This document shows, piece after piece, positions 47,019 through 54,695 of a DNA stretch of 64,000 nt (position 1 is the stretch's first letter; every line of letters starts with the position of its first letter). The position numbers and the translations under genes were made by a program. This DNA is from a virus. The notes under the pieces were generated by a model. The model worked only from the letters and a program-made list of their open reading frames with translations. It had not been told where the DNA came from and ran no database searches. The stretch covers positions 94,715 to 158,714 of the IMG/VR virus record IMGVR_UViG_3300027969_000001. One strand, given 5' to 3'.

Positions 47019-48152
47019 ATGACCCGCCAAAGAATGTTTCTAGATATGAGCTGTGTTGATGCTGCGCGTCAGCGGATAAGGCATGTCTACGACACGTTTG
47101 ATACGGTTTGCGTTCAATTCTCTGGAGGCAAGGACAGCACTGCAATTCTTTTACTCGCCAAAGAGGTACATGAAGAACGCGGATTAGGTCCAGTAAAAGT
47201 AATCTTTCGCGATGAAGAAATGGTTAGTCCTGCAACCATCAAGTATGTAGAGATGGTTAGAAACTATGACTGGGTTGATATGGAATGGTACTGCCTTCCA
47301 TACCCTGCGGAGATATGGGTTCTTGGACACCGCATTACTACTCTTCTTTGGAGTCAAGAAAGATTCGAGCAGAACCGCTGGGTTCGTGACATGCCTGAGT
47401 GGGCAATAACTGGGAAGAACTTTGGTTTAACTCACAGTGTGTCTCTTCCTGAACAAACCGACTACTACACCATGCAGGGGAAGAAGGGGAACGTAGCCTT
47501 CCTTACTGGAGTACGAGCAAGCGAGTCAATGATTCGTTACCGCTCTATTGTTCAGAAGCTTCATGAGAACTACATCAACACTCCATACAAGCTCAAAAAA
47601 GGAATACCTCTCAAGTTTGCAAAAGTCATTTATGACTGGAACACGAATGACGTTTTCAAGTTCATCATTGAAGAGCATGGTGCTCCTTACTGTGAGTACT
47701 ACGACTTAGCTGCCGCCACCGGGAGCAATACAAGAATCGGAATTCCGCTTCATGCAACTGCCATTAGAAGAATTGGTGACGTGATTGCAACGGAGCCAGA
47801 GTTCTACGACAGGCTCTACGAATGCTTTCCATACATAGATGCACAGCGCCGACTGTGGCCAGAGTTTGATGTTGAGAAACTTATTGCTAGTTACGCTCGC
47901 CACGGGTTTGACGGAGCGTCAGCTTTTGTTGATGATTACTTGGTTGGTTCACGGCGTCAAATGGAAGCACGTGTCTATATAGGCAAGTTTAGGAAAAAAC
48001 ACCTCACGGACCCACACGGGTATCCGGTGTCGTGGCTTATCAGAAATCTAATGCTTAACGAAATAGACGTTAACTCACCTACGCCGGTTGGCCCCAAGAC
48101 AAGGGCCTATACAATCAGAGCCGCAGAAGAAGAACTAGAGGAAAACCTATGA
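47019..48152 (+). CDS. PAPS-reductase-family (PP-loop) protein, IbrA/YbdN-like
   Basis: VQFSGGKDS PP-loop, FRDEE, GVRASES..R, IYDW...DVF. Confidence 0.85.
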   Translation: MTRQRMFLDMSCVDAARQRIRHVYDTFDTVCVQFSGGKDSTAILLLAKEVHEERGLGPVKVIFRDEEMVSPATIKYVEMVRNYDWVDMEWYCLPYPAEIWVLGHRITTLLWSQERFEQNRWVRDMPEWAITGKNFGLTHSVSLPEQTDYYTMQGKKGNVAFLTGVRASESMIRYRSIVQKLHENYINTPYKLKKGIPLKFAKVIYDWNTNDVFKFIIEEHGAPYCEYYDLAAATGSNTRIGIPLHATAIRRIGDVIATEPEFYDRLYECFPYIDAQRRLWPEFDVEKLIASYARHGFDGASAFVDDYLVGSRRQMEARVYIGKFRKKHLTDPHGYPVSWLIRNLMLNEIDVNSPTPVGPKTRAYTIRAAEEELEENL

Positions 48153-48709
48153 CAAAGCTAGATATCGAATACGTTGACCCAAGAACTTTAGTTATACCTG
48201 ACTGGAGAGCTACGTATTTACTACGCCCAGAGATGCTTGTTGTCTCTGCTTCCCTCTCGCAATACGGGTTCATACAGCCAATCCATGTACGAACAAGCAC
48301 TAGGGAAATTATAGACGGGTCAGAGCGAGTCCTTCTGGCTATGAATATTAGACAGATACTTGACCATTCAGACGGTCTCGTCCCAGCCGTATTTCACGAC
48401 TTAGACAAAATGGACGCAATGATGCTCCATTTGAGATTAAACCGCGGACACACCCAGATGGTTGCCGCCAAAACCTCACAGATAATTAGAACAGTTAAAC
48501 GTTCTGGCAAATACGGCAAAGACGATTTTGAAGCAATGTTATGCATGAGAAGCGAAGAATTAGCCTTAATGCTTGACGGGACAATCTTCAAAGCTCGCAA
48601 AATCAAGGAACACAACTATGCAAGAGCATGGATTCCGATAGAAGCGCCATCTGGAAAAGAGAGCGGGGAAAGCGTAATTATTGAACGCCCCCCAAATGCT
48701 GACCGTTAG
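48149..48709 (+). CDS. ParB-like protein, IbrB/YbdM-like
   Basis: SL.QYGFIQPI...EIIDGSER...AMMLHLRLNRG...Y.RAW.P. Confidence 0.75.
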   Translation: MTKLDIEYVDPRTLVIPDWRATYLLRPEMLVVSASLSQYGFIQPIHVRTSTREIIDGSERVLLAMNIRQILDHSDGLVPAVFHDLDKMDAMMLHLRLNRGHTQMVAAKTSQIIRTVKRSGKYGKDDFEAMLCMRSEELALMLDGTIFKARKIKEHNYARAWIPIEAPSGKESGESVIIERPPNADR

Positions 48710-48756
48710 TTAACACCTTTTAATGGTATATTTTAAATAACCATAAGGAGTTTAAT

Positions 48757-49470
48757 ATGCCAGGTGTACGCTACGGCCCAGACATTGCTGATGATGCCGC
48801 ATATATTATGAATAACCTTGTATCTATTAACAAGCGCCAGCGTGATTTAGAGAAAAAAGGCAAAAAACTCACGGCAAAAGAAAGCCGCAATAAAGACAAA
48901 CTTGCCAGTTTGGCTGATGGAATATTTGGCGTATCACGTGCAGATATTGACCAGAACAAGTTCGGCGACATGGGCAAACTAGCGCAATATAGCGCGTACG
49001 GAAAAAGCACTAGAGGCAAAGCGTACAAACGTTCAAAAATGGCTAAAAATGCACGTACTGGCAAAATACGTCAGCGAGAAATCGCGGCTGAACACTTACG
49101 AAGAAGTGATAATAAAGTATCTCGTGGATTGGATTCGTCCTCAAGCGGAGGTGCATCTTACTTGGGAAGAACCAAAACTAAAAGATTTGCAGCGCTTCAT
49201 GATGCAGCACAGGCACGTGCAGCTAAAAAAGGGGTTAGCTACCAAGGAAGAACAGTAAGAAGCAATAGTCAGGAATCTATCGACAATCTTGGTGTTGCCA
49301 ATGTAAGTAAAGGTTCACTAGGTCGGGCAGCTGCTGGCCTATCCAAGACAGGCTCGCTTAGACCACCAAAGCAATCGTCCGTGGCTCGCAGAAACCAAGG
49401 TAGCCGTGGCGGACCAAAGAAGCCTCCTGGACCAAAGAAGTCAACTAAGCCTACAAAAAGGAAAAAGTAA
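48757..49470 (+). CDS. highly basic K/R/S/G-rich protein, possible DNA-condensing protein
   Basis: Composition; AAGGAG RBS and TATATT -10 box. Confidence 0.55.
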   Translation: MPGVRYGPDIADDAAYIMNNLVSINKRQRDLEKKGKKLTAKESRNKDKLASLADGIFGVSRADIDQNKFGDMGKLAQYSAYGKSTRGKAYKRSKMAKNARTGKIRQREIAAEHLRRSDNKVSRGLDSSSSGGASYLGRTKTKRFAALHDAAQARAAKKGVSYQGRTVRSNSQESIDNLGVANVSKGSLGRAAAGLSKTGSLRPPKQSSVARRNQGSRGGPKKPPGPKKSTKPTKRKK

Positions 49471-49875
49471 CTAGTCGCCTAGCAGTTTTTTTTCGTGCAG
49501 GCCGAGGTTTATTTCAACATCACCCAACTCCGGGTCGTAGCCTTCGACAACGTCTTCAACCATGTCTTCATAGAATGGCTGACCTTCTATAGCAAAGTCT
49601 TCGTTTATTAAAAATTGTTTAACGCTGTCTACGGGTTTTAAAATAGCGGTATAAGAACCATCTTCGTTCTTTCCAGTAATACTTAGCCCTACTGCCGCCA
49701 TTGAGGATATTGATATATCCCACATGTAATCAACAAATTCAGCCAGTGCTGCATCGTCTCCAGCAAGGTCTTCCTGTTCTTCGTTGAAGAAGTAAAACAA
49801 CACCTCACAAACGTGGTTCATTACGTCAATAGTTGCAAGACGTTTTTCTTCTCTGGAGAACGGTGTGGTGGTCAT
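49471..49875 (-). CDS. acidic hypothetical protein
   Basis: 134-aa ORF; TAGCCT 6 nt before ATG. Confidence 0.6.
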   Translation of the reverse strand: MTTTPFSREEKRLATIDVMNHVCEVLFYFFNEEQEDLAGDDAALAEFVDYMWDISISSMAAVGLSITGKNEDGSYTAILKPVDSVKQFLINEDFAIEGQPFYEDMVEDVVEGYDPELGDVEINLGLHEKKLLGD

Positions 49876-49995
49876 GCGTGAAGGCTACACCCAAGGCGCT
49901 GTGTGGTCAAGCAAAGGTTGCTAGTCTGCGTGGTGGCAGATAGATGATAAAATTTAATATCTGCAATTTATTGCATCAATTGACTCGAGGAATTC

Positions 49996-50646
49996 ATGCT
50001 TGTTGGCATCAATGACATAAAGACATACATGGATATTTCCCTCACTGCTCGGCAGGAAGATGCGGCAGAAATAATCCTCGCTGGACTTCAGAGCGAACTG
50101 GAGGGCTACCTTCGTCGACCTATTGAGGTCACCGAGTTTGAGGAAGAGCATGTTCTTCCGTCTAACCATACAGGTCTACCCATGGGGAGCTTCTTGACGA
50201 CCATGCGCAGTAGTGGTGGGCTCATGAACTCGTATACCACTGTTGATTCTATAGATTCAACCACATGGGCATATCCGCCTCCAACCATTTACCTCAAGAA
50301 CTCTCCAGTTGTGGAGATTTTGGAAGTTCGCGTTAAGCCATTATTTGGCTCAGACCGAGTATTGGTAGAAGAACAGGACTACACGAAGCGCGTCTATGGC
50401 CTTGATTATTACTACGGCTATGCCGACGATAGGGTTACGATTACCTATACTGCAGGCCTAGATGGTGCAGCCATTCCAGTATTTAAGTTATTGATACTCC
50501 GTGCAGCGACAAGAGAAATGCAAAATATGCACGATGACGTAGTTGGCGTAAAAGACCTAAACCCAAGAGGCGTTTCCGTCACGTCAACAGGATTTTTAGA
50601 TTCGGAACTATCGTCTGTGAGAAGATACCGCAGAGTTCGGGTATAG
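49996..50646 (+). CDS. head-tail adaptor/connector protein
   Basis: LV...DIK.Y..I, vtitYtAG, L..YRR C-terminus; first gene of the neck/tail module. Confidence 0.75.
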   Translation: MLVGINDIKTYMDISLTARQEDAAEIILAGLQSELEGYLRRPIEVTEFEEEHVLPSNHTGLPMGSFLTTMRSSGGLMNSYTTVDSIDSTTWAYPPPTIYLKNSPVVEILEVRVKPLFGSDRVLVEEQDYTKRVYGLDYYYGYADDRVTITYTAGLDGAAIPVFKLLILRAATREMQNMHDDVVGVKDLNPRGVSVTSTGFLDSELSSVRRYRRVRV

Positions 50647-50649
50647 GTC

Positions 50650-51129
50650 ATGGCGGACATTGAAGTAAGAATTCAGGTTCGTGTTCATGGAGAAGACGTC
50701 AAAGACAGATTAGATGGAATGCACGACAGGGCTCACAATATGAGACCCGTTCTTCATTGGGCCGGAGGACACCTAGAACGCGCACTAGGCGAGAACTTCA
50801 CCACGATGGGGGCAATGTCGGCTTTAGCCATGCTTAGAGGCGGATGGGCCCCACTTACGCCAAAATATGGAGCATGGAAGATGGCCCACTTTCCAGGAGA
50901 ACCAACACTCGTGCAGACCGGTGGCCTATTTGCTGCGGTAACACATATGGATGACGACATTTCAGACATGCGTGGAACCTACAGTGTTAACTCAAAAATA
51001 GCGAAGTTCCATCAATATGGAACAAGAGACATGGTTGCGCGTCCTATAGTCTTCGTACCTCGCGACTTTGATAGGGAGCTCGGCAAGAAAGCCAGCACCT
51101 ACATTATGGAAGGCAGTAAAATTACGTGA
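50650..51129 (+). CDS. virion morphogenesis (neck) protein, Mu gpG-like
   Basis: GWAPL.P.Y...L..TG.L...A.FHQYGT..M.ARP. Confidence 0.8.
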   Translation: MADIEVRIQVRVHGEDVKDRLDGMHDRAHNMRPVLHWAGGHLERALGENFTTMGAMSALAMLRGGWAPLTPKYGAWKMAHFPGEPTLVQTGGLFAAVTHMDDDISDMRGTYSVNSKIAKFHQYGTRDMVARPIVFVPRDFDRELGKKASTYIMEGSKIT

Positions 51130-51728
51130 TTGAGCTAATGAATGGCTCTCATTATGCCAAACAGTACGTTAATAGCTACCTTTCCACGGATATGCCACTA
51201 CGGCTTATTACGTACAGAAATGGGTGGGGTCTTGACAGTCGTGAACTCCCAGACCCTGAACAGTTCATAATCCACGAACCGTTAGCAATAGATAGGTGGC
51301 CGTCAGTGATAACTACGGTGCTTTCTACTAATCAGTTAACAAGAATTGGTTTTGAGGGGAATAATCCCCTCTACCGAATCTCCTATTCAATGAGAACCTA
51401 CATATGGGTCCGTACAGAGGGTTCAGAAGCATGTGGGCTAATGAGGGACAGACTTACTACTGTCGTGCGCTCAGCCCTTCTTGACTACCCATGCTTAAAG
51501 GCATTTGATGCTCGCACCAACTTCAGAGCGTTAATAGATGAGGGGACTTTTAGAGAAGAGTTTTCAGACATTACTTTGCTAAAAGGTGACAGAGTTATGT
51601 CTGGTGCTTACATCGGTTACACGCTTGAAATAGATGAAGTTGTTGATAGGCAAGACCAAGGCACCATCGGTGAGATAGATGTAGATACCACATCTGTTGG
51701 TGTAGGCCAGGAACTTCCTGTCCTATAG
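51126..51728 (+). CDS. putative tail terminator/completion protein
   Basis: Position between neck and sheath genes, 200 aa. Confidence 0.55.
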   Translation: MIELMNGSHYAKQYVNSYLSTDMPLRLITYRNGWGLDSRELPDPEQFIIHEPLAIDRWPSVITTVLSTNQLTRIGFEGNNPLYRISYSMRTYIWVRTEGSEACGLMRDRLTTVVRSALLDYPCLKAFDARTNFRALIDEGTFREEFSDITLLKGDRVMSGAYIGYTLEIDEVVDRQDQGTIGEIDVDTTSVGVGQELPVL

Positions 51729-51771
51729 CTTGAAATTTTATTTAAAAGTCTCTTGGAATAAGTTAAATAGA

Positions 51772-51807
51772 TAGTTGCACAGAATATTAATACAGCCTCT
51801 GTACAAT
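51772..51807 (+). promoter_or_regulatory. putative late promoter (TAGTTGCAC-N21-TACAAT)
   Basis: Bipartite motif upstream of the sheath gene. Confidence 0.6.
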
Positions 51808-51853
51808 TGAAATCACATACGGTATTCCCCCTAATCCGAAACAGGAAGGTCCT

Positions 51854-53320
51854 ATGCCAGGCGTAGTAATCTCAACTTCAGTTAGAACAGGTCCATCGAC
51901 AGCGACGGTCCGCGAGTCTTCACAATTCTTCGTAGCCGGCAAAGCCGAGCGAGGTCCAGCAGGTACAGCCGTAATGGTTGAAAGTCTTGCTGAATTCGAA
52001 GACACATTCGGTGGATACGTTTCGTATTCTAACTTGCACCCAACAATCGAAACTTTCTTTGAAGAAGGCGGAACCCGTGCTTACGTTTCTCGCGTAGTAG
52101 GTTCTGATGCAACAGTAGGAACCCTCAGTCTCAACGAAGGCGGAGTAGGTGGAGATGACTGCATCGCACTCACAGCAAACGGAGCAGGCGCATGGAGCTC
52201 TAACGTGACAGTAGACGTTACTCACCCAACAGCTTCAACTTTCAAGATTGATATCAAGTATTCGGGTGTTCTCAAATACACAACCGGAACTGTCAGTTCT
52301 GTATCTCAAGCAGTTGGCAGAATAAACCTCAGCTCCATAGCTGCTCGTTATGTTTCTGCTGAAGTTATTGATGCGACAATCGCGCGACCTGAAGTATCAA
52401 CTGCCTCAGCATTGAGCGCCGGTGATGATGACAGAGATGCTATTATTGTCGCGGATTACGTAGCAAGCCTTGAAGCCTTTAACGACGCCCTCGGAACCGG
52501 AGTGGTTGCATGTGCTGAAGACTCAAGCTCAACAGTAACTAACGCTCTTGTTGCTCATGCAAATGCATACAGCAGAGTTGCTTTCTTGTATGACACAGAA
52601 AATGCAAATACAGCAAGCGTCAAGGCCAAGGCTCTCGCTATCCAAGCAGAAGACAATGCAGAACATGCAGCAATCTTCTATCCTTGGATAGAGGTTCCAA
52701 CAGCAACCGCTGGAATCACTCGCTTTATCCCTCCAGTTGGATATGCTGCCGCAAAACGCGCAGTTGCCCACAACCAGACTGGACCACATCTTCCAGCTGC
52801 TGGTCTCTTGTCAGTAGCAAAGTTTGTTACAGGAATCAAGGCAGAAATAAGCAAAGTAACCGGCGATGACCTTGACGAAAACTATGTCAATGCAATTCGC
52901 GTCATTCAGAACACTGTGAGAATCTACGGAGCACGTTCATGCTCAGTAGATACGGACAACTTCCGTCACATCACACAGCAAGACGTTGTAAACTCAATCG
53001 TCACAATGTGCTACCGTTCACTTGAGGACCTTGTTTTCAGTACAATCGACGGAAGAAATACAATCTTTGCAAGCATTGAGTCTCGTATAGTTGTAATTCT
53101 TGCTGGTATGCGTGACCTTGGTGCGCTTTACCCAGCATTCAACGTCAATGGCAAGCAACTTGACAACGGATACACCGTTAAGTGCGACACCACAATCAAC
53201 CCTGCTGCACAACTTCAGACTGGCCTCGTAAAGGCTAAAGTCGGAGTAAGAGTAAGCAGCGTTGGCGACAAGATTGAAATCGATATCGTCAAATCAAACT
53301 TAACAACATCAGTGGTCTGA
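51854..53320 (+). CDS. contractile tail sheath protein
   Basis: MPGVVI, G.AERGP, FFEEGG.RAYVSRV, AIFYPWI, PPVG.AA, VNAIR, IYGARS. Confidence 0.92.
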   Translation: MPGVVISTSVRTGPSTATVRESSQFFVAGKAERGPAGTAVMVESLAEFEDTFGGYVSYSNLHPTIETFFEEGGTRAYVSRVVGSDATVGTLSLNEGGVGGDDCIALTANGAGAWSSNVTVDVTHPTASTFKIDIKYSGVLKYTTGTVSSVSQAVGRINLSSIAARYVSAEVIDATIARPEVSTASALSAGDDDRDAIIVADYVASLEAFNDALGTGVVACAEDSSSTVTNALVAHANAYSRVAFLYDTENANTASVKAKALAIQAEDNAEHAAIFYPWIEVPTATAGITRFIPPVGYAAAKRAVAHNQTGPHLPAAGLLSVAKFVTGIKAEISKVTGDDLDENYVNAIRVIQNTVRIYGARSCSVDTDNFRHITQQDVVNSIVTMCYRSLEDLVFSTIDGRNTIFASIESRIVVILAGMRDLGALYPAFNVNGKQLDNGYTVKCDTTINPAAQLQTGLVKAKVGVRVSSVGDKIEIDIVKSNLTTSVV

Positions 53321-53335
53321 TAGAGGAGTAACCCA

Positions 53336-53839
53336 ATGTCAAAAATTGCACAGAGACAAGTACTTGCGGAAATTGTTCCAAGTAACTTTGTTAACAATTT
53401 AAAACAGCAGTCAAATGTTCAAGGTAACTTGCCAGTATGGAACGGTTTTCGTTTTGCACAAGTTTCTGGTGGCGAAATCACTGCTTCTGTAGAGAAAATC
53501 TACGAAGGCGGAAGTCGTCGACCTACGGTATTGTGTGCTCCGTCAGAAATCGGTGACATTACGCTTACCGCTCACTATGACGACGACATGAACCCAGCTT
53601 CAACAGCTTCGGGAATTGGTGAAAAAATTCAGAAGTTGCGCCGTTACGTAGGTGTTGCTTACTACAACATCACGGTATCTGTTTACGACTGTGACATCAA
53701 AGACCCAACCAACGACCGCTTCTACTACGATGCCCTCCTTGTTGGAATCACTGAGCCAGACGGCGACTCGTCATCTGGTGCCCCAGCTACATTTGCTCTT
53801 ACCTTCGCAATCTCAGACGTAACCTCTACTCCTAGATAA
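53336..53839 (+). CDS. tail tube protein
   Basis: Follows sheath; FAQVSGGE...YEGG...GDITLT...PDGDSSS. Confidence 0.8.
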   Translation: MSKIAQRQVLAEIVPSNFVNNLKQQSNVQGNLPVWNGFRFAQVSGGEITASVEKIYEGGSRRPTVLCAPSEIGDITLTAHYDDDMNPASTASGIGEKIQKLRRYVGVAYYNITVSVYDCDIKDPTNDRFYYDALLVGITEPDGDSSSGAPATFALTFAISDVTSTPR

Positions 53840-53843
53840 TAGG

Positions 53844-53879
53844 TAGTTGCGCTACGGCGTGATAATGATGTGCTAGTTT
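53844..53879 (+). promoter_or_regulatory. putative late promoter (TAGTTGCGC-N21-TAGTTT), leaderless start
   Basis: Bipartite motif; ATG 7 nt after the -10 box. Confidence 0.55.
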
Positions 53880-53886
53880 CATTCGT

Positions 53887-54456
53887 ATGAGTGATTCACC
53901 AATTTCAGTACAAGAAGACGGCACGGACGAAGTAAAGCCTGTAGCCAAGAAACAGCTCCGTGATGCTGGATTCAGCCCTTCAGGCATGTCCACAGGTCCG
54001 GAAGAGACACAACTAGACAAGTTGCGCTCAATCGTTCGCAAAAAAGTAGAACGAAGTGCTGTTCTTATTCCCGTAACAGAACGCCCTGGCGTGGCCATTA
54101 AGGTCAGTCCAAATATTACACAAACACAAATGCGCAACTGGCGTAAAAATGCCGGAGAAGACACGCGAAACGGATTAGACGCTACCAAGTTTGCTTGTTT
54201 GGTAATTGGTCACACAACAACTGGTATTTATATTGACGACGAAGAAGTATTCGATGAGGGTGGAAATTTTCTTAATTTTGCTCACCCATTGATTCTTGAA
54301 ATGACAGAGACAACACGTCCTGTTCCTGATGCTGTTAGAGCCCTATTTGGAGTAGACCCACACATCGAATCTGCAGCACTTGCAATTCTTGATGCTGCTG
54401 GATACTCAGACTCGGTCGAAGCAGTGGACCCTACGAAGGAGTCTTCGACGAACTAG
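53887..54456 (+). CDS. tail assembly chaperone
   Basis: Position between tube and tape measure; ends ..VDPTKESSTN. Confidence 0.75.
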   Translation: MSDSPISVQEDGTDEVKPVAKKQLRDAGFSPSGMSTGPEETQLDKLRSIVRKKVERSAVLIPVTERPGVAIKVSPNITQTQMRNWRKNAGEDTRNGLDATKFACLVIGHTTTGIYIDDEEVFDEGGNFLNFAHPLILEMTETTRPVPDAVRALFGVDPHIESAALAILDAAGYSDSVEAVDPTKESSTN

Positions 54457-54629
54457 TCGTAGATTCCGGCCTAATGGCAGCTGCAAGGCTGGGCGAGTTA
54501 TTTAATCAGAATCCACTTACGTTCCTAGATTTAGAAGAAACTGACTGGATACTACTTTTGGCCTGTGCTAAAGTTATAAGTAACGACCGCGAAGAGCAAG
54601 AGCGTAAGTCAAAGACTCAGAATCCGTAG
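54426..54629 (+). CDS. tail assembly chaperone -1 frame extension (G-T type)
   Basis: -1 frame open 54393-54629: PYEGVFDELVVDSGLMAAARLGELFNQNPLTFLDLEETDWILLLACAKVISNDREEQERKSKTQNP; not in the ORF track. Confidence 0.65.
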   Translation, partial: GPYEGVFDELVVDSGLMAAARLGELFNQNPLTFLDLEETDWILLLACAKVISNDREEQERKSKTQNP

Positions 54630-54695
54630 ATTTAATCCGGATTTATAGCTTGACAACTTTTACACTCACGTGACTTAAAAATCACCGGAGACGTA

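Noticed and set aside
54650-54666. TTGACA...TACACT sigma-70-type promoter before the tape measure gene
   Set aside because: The two hexamers are only 5 nt apart, so they cannot form a -35/-10 pair.
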